Positions 42,292 to 51,161 of a stretch of DNA of 52,570 nt are shown one piece after another. The translations under genes were made by a program, and so were the position numbers. Source of the DNA: an uncultured Planctomycetaceae bacterium (GTDB lineage: Bacteria > Planctomycetota > Planctomycetia > Pirellulales > UBA1268); the NCBI GenBank assembly GCA_903951635.1, contig CAJBCV010000339.1, positions 1 to 52,570 on the forward strand, in the 5' to 3' direction. The notes beneath the pieces are model-generated. The model did not search any database and was not told the DNA's origin. It saw only the letters and a list, made by a program, of their open reading frames with translations. Every line of letters starts with the position of its first letter. Position 1 is the stretch's first letter.

Positions 42292-43199
42292 CGCCGCCCC
42301 CTGCCCGTGGCCCGGCCGACGAGGAACCGGGCGAGGAGCTTCTCGCAATCATCGTCGAGGCTCACCTGATGGTGGTCGATCCCCTGCTCGAGGACGATGC
42401 CGCGGATCGCGTCGAGCCAAGCCTCGAGCGCCTGCCGATACCGCGCTTGGATGTCGAGCGGATCGGCAAACAGCGCGCTGCCCCCTTCCATGTCGAGAAA
42501 CCGGGTCGGCCGGCGGAAGTCGAAGCGGATCTCCTGCGGATCGAGGAGATGGAAGAGGGCGACGTCGTGGCGGCGAAAGCGGAGGTGCCCGAGCGCCCCG
42601 GCAAGGGCCTCGGGCTCCATGAACAAGTCGGAGAGGATCACGATCAGGGCCCGCTGGCGAACGGTCTCGGCGATCTCGTGGAGCACCTGGGGAAGGTGCG
42701 AGGCCCCCTGCGGCCGGACCTCCTCGAGGGCATCGAGGACGAGACGAAGATGGGCGGGATTGCGACGCGGGGGGAGATGACGCACGACCGATTCGGCCAC
42801 GCACGAGATGCCGACCGCGTCCCCCTGTCGGCAGGCGAGGAAGGCGAGCGTGCCGGCGATCCGCCGGGCAAACTCGATCCGCGTGGTTCCGGTCGAGCCA
42901 TAATTCATCGAGCCGCTGGAGTCGACCACGAGGCACAGTCGCAGATTCGTGTCGGCCTCGTATTCCTTGACGTAATTCCGGTCGGTGCGTCCCCACACGC
43001 GCCAGTCGAGGCGGCGGAGGTCGTCGCCGGGGACATACTTCCGATACTCGGCAAACTCGACGCTCGCCCCGCGGTGGGGGCTCGTGTGCCGCCCCGAGAC
43101 CCCGCCGACCATCGGTCGCCGCGCAAGGAGCGGCACCGCGGCGAGCCGGGAGAGCATGCCGCTGTCGAGGAACGTCCGCGTGGCCCGGTCGTGGAGCAT
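42288..43199 (-). CDS. DUF58 domain protein
   Basis: GASVEFAEYRKYVPGDDLRRLDW, KEYEADT, VDSSGSM. Confidence 0.92.
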   Translation of the reverse strand: MLHDRATRTFLDSGMLSRLAAVPLLARRPMVGGVSGRHTSPHRGASVEFAEYRKYVPGDDLRRLDWRVWGRTDRNYVKEYEADTNLRLCLVVDSSGSMNYGSTGTTRIEFARRIAGTLAFLACRQGDAVGISCVAESVVRHLPPRRNPAHLRLVLDALEEVRPQGASHLPQVLHEIAETVRQRALIVILSDLFMEPEALAGALGHLRFRRHDVALFHLLDPQEIRFDFRRPTRFLDMEGGSALFADPLDIQARYRQALEAWLDAIRGIVLEQGIDHHQVSLDDDCEKLLARFLVGRATGRGRR

Positions 43200-43202
43200 C
43201 GG

Positions 43203-44237
43203 TCAGCCGCTGGTGGTGGCGAGCGCATCGGTCACGAGTCGCTCGCAGATCCTTCGGGCATCAATTCCTTCCGCCTGGGCGGCGAAGGTGGTGAGGACGC
43301 GGTGCGCGAGGACCGGCGCCGCGACGGCGGCGATATCTTCCAGCCGCACCATATATCCGCCGGTGAGCGCCGCGCGGGCCTTCGCTCCGAGGATCAGATA
43401 CTGCACCGCGCGGGGGCCGGCTCCCCAGGCGACGAGGGGCTTGAGCCAGTCGGGCGCCGAGCCCCCCTGCGGACGCGTCCGCCGCACGAGCTTCGTGGCG
43501 AAGTGATAAATGTGATCGGGGACGGGCACCCGGCGGACGAGGTGCTGAAACTCGATGATCTCCGCCGCGGAGAGGACATGATCGAGCGGCGGAAGCGTGT
43601 CGCCGGTCGTCGTCCGGGCGATCATCACCTCCTCCTCCTCGCTCGGGTAATCGACCTCGATGAGGAACATGAAGCGATCGAGTTGGGCCTCGGGAAGCGG
43701 ATAGGTTCCCTCCTGCTCGACCGGGTTTTGCGTGGCGAGGACGAAGAACGGTGGCTCGAGGCGCGACGTCTTGCCGACGACCGTCACCTTCTGCTCCTGC
43801 ATCGCCTCGAGCATCGCCGCCTGCGTCTTCGGCGGCGCCCGGTTGATCTCATCGGCGAGGACGATGTTGGCAAACACCGGCCCGGGCACGAAACTGAACT
43901 CGCGCCGCCCGCCGGCCGACTCCTGGAGGATGTCGGTGCCGGTGATATCCATCGGCATCAGGTCGGGGGTGAACTGGATCCGACTGAACTTCAGCGACAC
44001 CGCCTCGGCGAGCCGGCTGACGAGGAGCGTCTTGGCGAGGCCGGGAACGCCGACGAGGAGGGCATGGCCGCGGGCGAAGAGACAGATCGCGAGCCGCTCG
44101 ATCGTGTCTGCCTGGCCGATGATCACCCGCCCAAGCTCGTCCTGGAGACGACGGTAGGCGGTGCGGAGCCGATCGAGCTTCGCCACGTCGTCGTCGCCGA
44201 GGCGGGTTTCGGGGCCGGGGGCAGACGCTGAAGCCAT
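43203..44237 (-). CDS. moxR: MoxR family AAA+ ATPase
   Basis: GVPGLAKT, RIQFTPDLMP, ADEINRAPPKTQAA, ATQNPVEQEGTYPLPEAQLDRF. Confidence 0.95.
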   Translation of the reverse strand: MASASAPGPETRLGDDDVAKLDRLRTAYRRLQDELGRVIIGQADTIERLAICLFARGHALLVGVPGLAKTLLVSRLAEAVSLKFSRIQFTPDLMPMDITGTDILQESAGGRREFSFVPGPVFANIVLADEINRAPPKTQAAMLEAMQEQKVTVVGKTSRLEPPFFVLATQNPVEQEGTYPLPEAQLDRFMFLIEVDYPSEEEEVMIARTTTGDTLPPLDHVLSAAEIIEFQHLVRRVPVPDHIYHFATKLVRRTRPQGGSAPDWLKPLVAWGAGPRAVQYLILGAKARAALTGGYMVRLEDIAAVAAPVLAHRVLTTFAAQAEGIDARRICERLVTDALATTSG

Positions 44238-44395
44238 GGGATTCTCCAACCAAACGACACCAAAACGGGCGCATCCACGCAGGCAGACCGGGGCCAAGCG
44301 ACCGCCCCACGCCAGGCAGACTAACCGAAAGCCATCGCCACCTCCATCGAGGGGGCGGAGCGAGTCGGGGAAGCGTTGCGGTCCCCTGCCTCTGC

Positions 44396-44746
44396 TCAGG
44401 CGGGAGCGAGCGAATCGATCTTTGCCGCCAGGCGGAAATCGTTGATCGAGAGACCGCCAATGGCGTGGGTGGTCAGTTCCACCCGGAGCCGACGGTAGCC
44501 CTCGAGATGGAGATCGGGGTGGTGACGCTCGCGTTCGGCGAGCGCCCCGATGGAATTGGCGAGTTTGATCGCCGTCCGGAAGTCGGCGAGGGTCCACTCG
44601 CGGCGGATGTGAGCGCCGTCGGGCAAAAGGCTCCAGGCCGGCAGTTCGGCCAGGCAGGCCGCCACCTCGTCGGCGTCGAGAGCCGGCACCCCCCCTTCGC
44701 AGGGCACGCAGCGTTCGGCCAGAAGATCATCGCGTGATACGCCCAT
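44396..44746 (-). CDS. phhB: Pterin-4-alpha-carbinolamine dehydratase
   Basis: CVPCEGG, AERERHHPDLH, TTHAIGGLSINDFRLAAKID. Confidence 0.9.
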   Translation of the reverse strand: MGVSRDDLLAERCVPCEGGVPALDADEVAACLAELPAWSLLPDGAHIRREWTLADFRTAIKLANSIGALAERERHHPDLHLEGYRRLRVELTTHAIGGLSINDFRLAAKIDSLAPA

Positions 44747-44900
44747 CGATCGGCTCCTTCACTCCACACCAGGCACCGCTCCCACGATACCCGGCCGGCG
44801 GTGAAGCGTGCAGCTCTTGCCCTCGTGACGGGGGCCGCGGAAGCGGCGGGGCTCTGGATTCCCCACGCTCCCGCGGCCACGCCGTCCACGAAGGAGCGGT

Positions 44901-45104
44901 TCAACTGCCGCGGGAGAGCGGTGCAGCATCGGACGAGCGGATTCCGGCTGCCTTTCGCTGCCGCTGTCGGATCAGCGCCCGGGAGACGTTTTGGCCGATG
45001 CGGTGCGCGGCCCGGTCGACGGCCACGGTCCAGTCGGAGTCGACGACCATCGCGACGACGAGGCCGACGCCGTCGTGACCGATTCGTTCCAGGCCCACAG
45101 GCAC
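44901..45104 (-). CDS. Possible small hypothetical protein (~67 aa)
   Basis: GC3-rich frame (HDGVGLVVAMVVDSDWTVAVDRAAHRIG) in an otherwise empty gap; start uncertain. Confidence 0.3.
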   Translation of the reverse strand: MPVGLERIGHDGVGLVVAMVVDSDWTVAVDRAAHRIGQNVSRALIRQRQRKAAGIRSSDAAPLSRGS

Positions 45105-45227
45105 TTCATTGCAATGCAGTAAGGATCGCCGGTCGAGGGCTGTTATTGAGTCACAATGCCGACGGTTTCGAAAGGAACTGAGGGTCTCTCTCCGCGTTCC
45201 GATCGAACCAAAACACAGCCACAAGCC

Positions 45228-45665
45228 ATGACGCTTCGCGAACTCTTCGATTCGGTCACGTCGTCCGCGGCCGGTGGGTTCCTACCGATCGTGCTGCCAT
45301 CAACGCCGCCCGACAGCAGGACGTTCAAGATCCGGATCGACAATCCGCGGGGTGTGCCGGCGCACTACGGCGTGGCCCGTCTGCGACGAACGGGCCGGCC
45401 GGTAGCGGAGATCGATGTCGCGGAACGACGGGTTGGCGTGCCGACGCGGCGGACGATTCAACTCCCGCTCGACGAAACCTCGGTCACCGCCGATCACCTG
45501 ATCACGATCCGTGCCGGCGGGCGGACGTCGAAACTCGTCCTTTACCGGGAACTCCTCGCCGAGTGGCTCAAGGGCACGACGCCCGAGGTGAGCGTCTCGA
45601 TCGCCGCCACGGGAGCCGTTCGCTTCAGCGTCAGCCACCCCGTCCGCCAGCCTGGAGCGGCGTGA
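45228..45665 (+). CDS. Hypothetical protein
   Basis: GC3-rich frame with protein-like composition (MTLRELFDSV...). Confidence 0.55.
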   Translation: MTLRELFDSVTSSAAGGFLPIVLPSTPPDSRTFKIRIDNPRGVPAHYGVARLRRTGRPVAEIDVAERRVGVPTRRTIQLPLDETSVTADHLITIRAGGRTSKLVLYRELLAEWLKGTTPEVSVSIAATGAVRFSVSHPVRQPGAA

Positions 45666-45740
45666 CGCTCTTTGACGCAGCCGCAGTTTGCAGCGGCACG
45701 AAGGGTTGGGGGCGCGACCTGGGACTGCGGCGAAGATCGG

Positions 45741-46607
45741 TCACGTGGATCGCATCGCCGTCTTGCCGAGAAAACGCCCCAGGGCCGCTCCGCCCAAGGC
45801 CAGTCCAGGGATCAGGAGCATGTGGTTCTCGTCCAGCAGGAACAACGACAAAAGACCGGCGCAGCCGCCGAGAACGAAGCCCAGAACGCCTCCCAAGACG
45901 CTGCCGAGCAGTTCGGCTGGGCGGAAGGTGTTTTCCACGGTCAACCCGGGCAGAGGGGCTTCGCTCACCGCATTGGCGAGCACATCCAGCAGGTCGTTGG
46001 CGACGGTCAACAGGCTCTCGCGTTCCCTGCCTTCCAAAATGGTGTCACTCACACCGGGCCTGAGGGTCCGGGTCTGCGGGGCACGCATCGTCAGCCCCCC
46101 CTTCCCCACCTCGATCGATCCCGTGACGGCGGTGGCCAGAAAACGGAGAACGCTGGGCTTGCAGATCGAAGCCATCTCGGCAGGGCTGGGAACGGGCTCA
46201 TCGGTGGAGTGTGGAGATGCCGCTAGGGCGCGGCGGACGCCTCCACCGAAGAGAAGGTAGTTGTTACTGAAGGCCTCGAGCATCCGCTGGTCATCGAGCG
46301 GGGCGGTGGCTGCCAGCTTCAACTCGAGCCCCTTGATACCCACGATGCTCAAGGCTCCAGCCTCGCGCCGGGCCACGAGGTCGAACGAGGGGAGGTTCAA
46401 TCCCGCGGTGGGGATCACGACGATCGTCTGCCAAACGGAATACACCGCACCGTCACTGGGCTTTTCCACCCGAACATCGACGATTTCGAACAGTCTGTTT
46501 CGATCGATTCCGAGAACGTGATCGCGGGAACTGCCTGCCTGCCCGGCCCGGTACTCGTATCCGTTCTCCTCGGCCCAATCGAGATTTTTGTTTCGAGGAC
46601 TGTTCAT
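45741..46607 (-). CDS. Hypothetical protein with two C-terminal TM helices
   Basis: MNSPRNKNLDWAEENG..., WQTIVVI..LNLPSFDL; hydrophobic C-terminus. Confidence 0.6.
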   Translation of the reverse strand: MNSPRNKNLDWAEENGYEYRAGQAGSSRDHVLGIDRNRLFEIVDVRVEKPSDGAVYSVWQTIVVIPTAGLNLPSFDLVARREAGALSIVGIKGLELKLAATAPLDDQRMLEAFSNNYLLFGGGVRRALAASPHSTDEPVPSPAEMASICKPSVLRFLATAVTGSIEVGKGGLTMRAPQTRTLRPGVSDTILEGRERESLLTVANDLLDVLANAVSEAPLPGLTVENTFRPAELLGSVLGGVLGFVLGGCAGLLSLFLLDENHMLLIPGLALGGAALGRFLGKTAMRST

Positions 46608-46814
46608 CGGTCTGTTCTCGAGTGAATCGGCAAGCACCGGCCTGAAGCGGCCCACGCCTTCCCGACTGCGGGGAAGGCTACATAATGCTCCCGAGCAGGC
46701 CGTGGAGAAAGTGCCCGTCGCCGGATGCGGCAGCCGACACTCCCGAAAGACCTCATCCCCCCCCACCTGCGCCAGAGTACGGCCTGCCTCGGAGAAATCA
46801 CGGATGAACCAGAA

Positions 46815-47699
46815 ATGGTGACAGGTGACCGTCTGTTGCTCGATGGCGCAACCGGCACGGAATTGAACCGGCGCGGGGTGGATACCGGCTTGCCGCTGTG
46901 GTCGGCGAACGCGCTCACCACGGAGATGGGGTTGAACGTCTTGCGTCAGATTCATCTCGAATACTTGACCGCCGGTGCAGACATCATCACTGCCAACACC
47001 TTTCGCACGCATCGCCGCGTGCTGGGCGGCAAAGGGCGCACCGCACGGGAACTGACCGTACGCGCGGTGGCGACCGCTCGAGAAGCTGTCTCGGAATACG
47101 GGCGACCTGCACAGGTTGCCGGCTCGGTATCCCCACTCGAGGACTGCTATCGCCCCGACCTCGTGCCAACCGACGACGAGTGCCACAGCGAGCACTCGGA
47201 GCGCATCGATCATCTCGTCGAAGCGGGCGTGAACGTGCTGTTGCTCGAGACGATGAACTCAGTTCGGGAAGCCGTCATCGCGGCCACGTTGGCGACGATC
47301 ACCGGTCGGCCCACGTGGGTCAGTTTCGCCTGCGACCGTGAAGGTCGAATCCTGTCTGGCGAGACGCTGGCGGCTGCCGCCGCGATGTTGTTACCGCTGG
47401 GGATAACGGGCTTGGGCGTGAATTGCGGACCGACCGACACGCTCTCGAAACCACTGCGCGAGTTGCGATCGGCCTGCGGCCCTGACTTCCCTCTGATTGC
47501 CTACGGAAACGTCGGCTATGCCGACGAGGCTCAAGGCTGGATCAACACCGACGCCATTGCCCCGGATGGCTACTTGCGACACGCTCAAACGTGGCCGGCG
47601 CACATTGTGGGCGGCTGTTGTGGCACCACACCGGAGCACATTCGCACCCTCCGGGCTGCGGAGAGCGTCCGTCGTTCCGGCCTGCCTTGGAGATCCTGA
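46815..47699 (+). CDS. Homocysteine S-methyltransferase family protein
   Basis: LLDGATGTEL, AGADIITANTF, GLGVNC, IVGGCCGTTPEHI (Zn ligands). Confidence 0.92.
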   Translation: MVTGDRLLLDGATGTELNRRGVDTGLPLWSANALTTEMGLNVLRQIHLEYLTAGADIITANTFRTHRRVLGGKGRTARELTVRAVATAREAVSEYGRPAQVAGSVSPLEDCYRPDLVPTDDECHSEHSERIDHLVEAGVNVLLLETMNSVREAVIAATLATITGRPTWVSFACDREGRILSGETLAAAAAMLLPLGITGLGVNCGPTDTLSKPLRELRSACGPDFPLIAYGNVGYADEAQGWINTDAIAPDGYLRHAQTWPAHIVGGCCGTTPEHIRTLRAAESVRRSGLPWRS

Positions 47700-47919
47700 G
47701 CCAGTCGACATGAAGGTCTCTGCCGAATCGACCTCAGCGTCGCGAAGCGCCACGCTGCACCCGAGAATCGAACGAACACAATGATGCGGCACGGCGGCGA
47801 TCGGCTGGATCAGCTTATCCAAGGCAGGCCAAAAGCATCACAGCCTGCCGGCGCCTCGCCCCGGCCCCCGCATGTCGCTTGGCACAGGACACGCAAGCCG
47901 GTCACGCACACTCCTGTAG

Positions 47920-48438
47920 CTACTCGGAAAGAACCTTCACGCCGCTCAGAGAGCTCGATATCCGGTCACGTTCTTGGGCTGTGAGCCCCGTCCATTTCGA
48001 CAACGTCACCGTCTTCAATCGTGGCAATCCTAGAAGGGCGTCGAAAACGCTCGCATCGTGAACGAATTGATTTAAGGAGAGGTGTTCCATCCGAGAGAAA
48101 TCTCTCAGGCCCGACAAACCATAGATCTCCTCACAATCCAACTCCACGCTCTTCACGGACGCAAAGAGGTCAATTCCAACGGTGTTCACGAGAAGTGTCG
48201 GCAGTGGACAGCATCCGGAGGCTACGTACCAGCCTCCTTCGACGCGGTAGTCCGGCGTCAACCCAACTCGGCCCTGTTGCGACTCCACCCAGCGCCGACC
48301 CCGAAGTTGCGATTGGGCTGGAACCACAACGAGAGCAAGAAAGAGAGCGACATAGCCAACCGCGATCAGCAGCACTCCGAGTGAGAGTTGTCGCCACCAT
48401 GCTTTTACAGACTGACCGAGAACGGAGCGACTCATCAT
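47920..48438 (-). CDS. Hypothetical membrane-anchored protein with LRR-like C-terminus (distal cassette)
   Basis: RQLSLGVLLIAV TM; LSGLRDFSRMEHLSL, LLGLPRLKTVTL. Confidence 0.55.
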   Translation of the reverse strand: MMSRSVLGQSVKAWWRQLSLGVLLIAVGYVALFLALVVVPAQSQLRGRRWVESQQGRVGLTPDYRVEGGWYVASGCCPLPTLLVNTVGIDLFASVKSVELDCEEIYGLSGLRDFSRMEHLSLNQFVHDASVFDALLGLPRLKTVTLSKWTGLTAQERDRISSSLSGVKVLSE

Positions 48439-48544
48439 CCGGCGTACCTCAACTGGGTTGCCTGAGAACACCAACGCCCACGCCCCACCGAACGCTGTGA
48501 CCGACACTGATTTCCGAAAGCGTGGGGCACGCCCACGACCATCC

Positions 48545-48629
48545 AACGAACGTCCCCGATCCATGGCTCGCGGCCAGAGGATCCTCCCACTGACATTCAT
48601 CGCGAGTCGATAGCATCGGTAGGTTTGTT
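48545..48629 (-). other. Degenerate attC site (7th)
   Basis: Minus strand AACAAAC-CTACC-GATGCTATCGACTCGCGA...CCGCGAGCCATGGATCGGGGAC-GTTCGTT, alignable to the site at 49529-49616. Confidence 0.5.
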
Positions 48630-48878
48630 TTTGCGGGGCGGAGTCTCCTGAAGCCCCGCCAGTCGCCAAGCCCACCAGGCAATGACTGCTGCAAGCCACA
48701 CTGATCCGAAGGCGAAGGCTTGTGACGCCACCCGAATGAACGGAAAACTATTGACGGGTCGCTCACCTCTCCACAACGGCCACGCCTCTACTTGGAGAAA
48801 CTCAAGCACCGTGCTTCCCGCAGCCCACATCGGCAGAAGCCATCCTATTGAGAATGCAGCAATCACAACCCGTCGCAT
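48597..48878 (-). CDS. Small hypothetical membrane protein (cassette)
   Basis: MRRVVIAAFSIGWLLPMW after GAGGG; two hydrophobic segments; ends inside the attC-like site. Confidence 0.55.
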   Translation of the reverse strand: MRRVVIAAFSIGWLLPMWAAGSTVLEFLQVEAWPLWRGERPVNSFPFIRVASQAFAFGSVWLAAVIAWWAWRLAGLQETPPRKNKPTDAIDSR

Positions 48879-48898
48879 AATCCCTCGTTGATCAAAGT

Positions 48899-48987
48899 GG
48901 AGAGCGGCTTCACTCAACTGGTTGCCGCCAGTGGGCCTTGATTTCAGGAAACGCCCCTTCGGCAATTCGGGTGCTTCTGAGTTCTGC
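48899..48987 (-). other. Degenerate attC site (6th)
   Basis: Minus strand GCAGAAC...TTGCCG...CGGCAA..TGAGTGAAGCC-GCTCTCC; TGAG(C/T)GAAGCC is shared with the proximal attC sites; GTT is mutated. Confidence 0.45.
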
Positions 48988-48993
48988 CACGCG

Positions 48994-49392
48994 TCAGGCG
49001 TTCGGATTCCGCCTGGGTGTGAAGATTTTCTTCTGCTTGACACCACCAGACTTGTCGTACGTCGTCCACTCGCCGATTTTCTTGCCGTTTTGGTATTCGC
49101 CTTCGTCCCAGAGCTGCCCATTTTCGTAGTGTCTAATCCATAACCCCACCTGGACTCGATCTGCGAATGATCCGGTTTGGAGCGGTTGGCCATTCTCACG
49201 CCACCATTCCCAAGATCCGTCGAGCTCACCATCAGCGTAGGTGCCAACCGCTTTCGTTTGTCCATTGCGGTAATAGAACTTCCACTTGCCGTGACGCTTG
49301 CCAGCCTTCATTCTCCCTTCCCCGGACACCGTGCCGTCAGCAAAAAGCTCCTTGGTTGGGCCATCAGCAGTCTGCAATGAAGCCTTCTTCAT
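48994..49392 (-). CDS. MORN-variant repeat protein (YwqK-antitoxin-like; cassette)
   Basis: Repeats GKRHGKWKFYYRNG, GELDGSWEWWRENG, GLWIRHYENG, GKKIGEWTTYDKSG; SD GGAGGAG. Confidence 0.85.
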   Translation of the reverse strand: MKKASLQTADGPTKELFADGTVSGEGRMKAGKRHGKWKFYYRNGQTKAVGTYADGELDGSWEWWRENGQPLQTGSFADRVQVGLWIRHYENGQLWDEGEYQNGKKIGEWTTYDKSGGVKQKKIFTPRRNPNA

Positions 49393-49528
49393 TTCTCCTC
49401 CATTCGGTCATTCGGCTGTGATGTCTCGTTGAACAGGCCGGTGAAGGCCCTCTCGCGAATGGCCCACACCTCGGAATCCAGCGCCAGGAAGGTCCGATCG
49501 TCAATCGAGTGCATGACTGAGGGATCCT

Positions 49529-49616
49529 ACCCGACGCTCGCGATCAGCGACTCGCGACAAGACGCGGACCGCGCCGCCGGATTCTGTCGCAAGTCCGCTG
49601 CATTGCTGAGTTCGCC
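49529..49616 (-). other. attC site (5th), R' box mutated
   Basis: GGCGAAC-TCAGC-AATGCAGCGGACTTGCGACAGA...TCTTGTCGCGAGTCGCTGATCGCGAGC-GTCGGGT; 88 bp. Confidence 0.7.
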
Positions 49617-49625
49617 AATTCCGCG

Positions 49626-50021
49626 TTAAGGCCCCGGAACAATCGAATGATAGAGAAGGGCTACGGCATTCATGCAGACGGTTGCCAACAGATATCCGAG
49701 CACGCCGTGCAAGGCCAGATACCCGACCCCTCGCCAGCCGCGACTCCAAATCACATACACGGGCACCAGCAGCCCTGCGGCCAAGAAAAACCATTGCTGT
49801 GACAAGAGGGGAACAGCGCGGCCACGGAGGCGAGCGTCGACGACCACCCACCAACTGGCCACCGCGTAGAGGGAGAGTGGCACCATGATGTCGAGACGCG
49901 ACGGAACCGTGGGCCACGCGCTGCGAATGCCCCACATCGCGAAGAGCGAGTAGTATGCGAGCAGAAACCAGCGGGTGTGGCGGAAACCCGTATCTGCTCG
50001 CGTCCATTGCGGGCGTTCCAA
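49626..50021 (-). CDS. Hypothetical 4-TM membrane protein (cassette; possibly frameshifted from ATG 50040)
   Basis: Hydrophobic ORF (WFLLAYYSLF.., VPVYVIWSRGWRG) bounded by attC sites; the only in-frame upstream start is TTG. Confidence 0.6.
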   Translation of the reverse strand: MERPQWTRADTGFRHTRWFLLAYYSLFAMWGIRSAWPTVPSRLDIMVPLSLYAVASWWVVVDARLRGRAVPLLSQQWFFLAAGLLVPVYVIWSRGWRGVGYLALHGVLGYLLATVCMNAVALLYHSIVPGP

Positions 50022-50052
50022 CCACTGCTTCGATGCTCATGTCGACTGACCC

Positions 50053-50149
50053 GTCGAACGGTCGCGCTCAGCAGCCTCGGGGGCCGCTGGAGCACTGACC
50101 CTCAAAAAGCCTACCCGCTCCCGTCGTCTGCTGCAGCATCTGGTTTTGC
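50053..50149 (-). other. attC site (4th)
   Basis: GCAAAAC-CAGAT-GCTGCAGCAGAC...GGCTGCTGAGCGCGACC-GTTCGAC; 97 bp; same family as 51601-51696. Confidence 0.75.
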
Positions 50150-50491
50150 GTGCTGCGGCCTCTCGTACCCCAACTCGTCATAAAGATAGCGGTCGAAGTA
50201 GGCGCGTTGCGCCTCGGCGCTCTCAGGGAGCGAGAGCCACTCCTGGGCAGCGCGGATCATCGCTGACTCTGCCTGATCGGCTTCCGCAGGCTTCTGCTCA
50301 ACCCAATCCGTCAGCGCGCCCCAGATGAGCCACAGGGGCCACATGATGGTTTCGGAGTCCGTTGCGTGCCGCATTGCGGTGCCCCACACACGCCATGCCG
50401 CCCGATAGGCAGAGCCGCGACGCGACACAATCAAGCGCATGCACGCCTCAATGTCTCGCATCGCCACGGCGAGTGCCGCTTCATCCGTCAT
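50111..50491 (-). CDS. Hypothetical protein (cassette)
   Basis: GGAG + ATG 50491; WPLWLIWGALTDWVE; C-terminus AKPDAAADDG reads into the attC. Confidence 0.7.
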   Translation of the reverse strand: MTDEAALAVAMRDIEACMRLIVSRRGSAYRAAWRVWGTAMRHATDSETIMWPLWLIWGALTDWVEQKPAEADQAESAMIRAAQEWLSLPESAEAQRAYFDRYLYDELGYERPQHAKPDAAADDGSG

Positions 50492-50511
50492 CGGTGCTCC
50501 GATATCCTGCC

Positions 50512-50601
50512 GCCGAACAACCGCGATCAGCAGATCCCAGGCAGAAGAACCATCCACGCCGCAGGAGTCTATCGCGATTCCGCTGCATGGTTTTAGTAGC
50601 C
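50512..50601 (-). other. attC site (3rd), partly degenerate
   Basis: GGCTACT-AAAAC-CATGCAGCGGA...TCTGCTGATCGCGGTT-GTTCGGC; 90 bp. Confidence 0.65.
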
Positions 50602-51108
50602 GCCGCCGTCTCGCCGGTACAGCGACTCGATCATGCGCCGCAGGGCCGAGTCCTGAACTCCACTCAGGTCCGGCTGTGGGGCAGATGGTTGATCCGGACG
50701 CGGCTCCCTCAACCCTGGCGCCTTGGCATTGGCGACCTGCCGCCACGACTCGCACAACTTATCCCAGGCCAAGCGCGACTGCGGACCGAGCCACTCGTAG
50801 AAAACCCAGGGGCCAAATGACCGGTGCGACCCGATGTTCTGGATGTCTTCGATGATGCCGATGACCGCTAGTTCATTTGCCTCCTCGTCCCCATCGCTCA
50901 CGCACCGTTCCAGGAGCGCAAACGCACTGGGAAACTCCGAAAGGTCCCCGCGTTCGAAGCTGTCCACGATGTGGTGCGCTACCACGCCAGCATCGTTGTA
51001 GTGGCCTCGTTCTGGCTCGCCGCTCCAGGACTCCAGGTACTGCTGCCAAGCCGGGCCGATCGTGGGGCAGACAGTGAGGAACGCCGGAACGACATCCGCA
51101 ACTTTCAT
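50593..51108 (-). CDS. Acidic helical protein resembling toxin-immunity proteins (cassette)
   Basis: FPSAFALLERCVSDGDEEANELAVIGIIEDIQN...WLGPQSRLAW; family resemblance is from memory only. Confidence 0.7.
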   Translation of the reverse strand: MKVADVVPAFLTVCPTIGPAWQQYLESWSGEPERGHYNDAGVVAHHIVDSFERGDLSEFPSAFALLERCVSDGDEEANELAVIGIIEDIQNIGSHRSFGPWVFYEWLGPQSRLAWDKLCESWRQVANAKAPGLREPRPDQPSAPQPDLSGVQDSALRRMIESLYRRDGGGY

Positions 51109-51126
51109 CCGAGGGGCCTCTCTGTC

Positions 51127-51161
51127 GGCTAACGGCTTCGCTCAGCAGCGCCTGGTTCGGC
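51127..51161 (-). other. Internally deleted 35-bp attC (2nd)
   Basis: GCCGAAC-CAGGC-GCTGC-TGAGCGAAGCC-GTTAGCC: both outer ends of the 96-bp family joined at GCTGC. Confidence 0.75.

Noticed and set aside
47700-47919. Possible eighth attC after the last cassette
   Set aside because: No convincing R''/R' pair or L-box hairpin found by eye.
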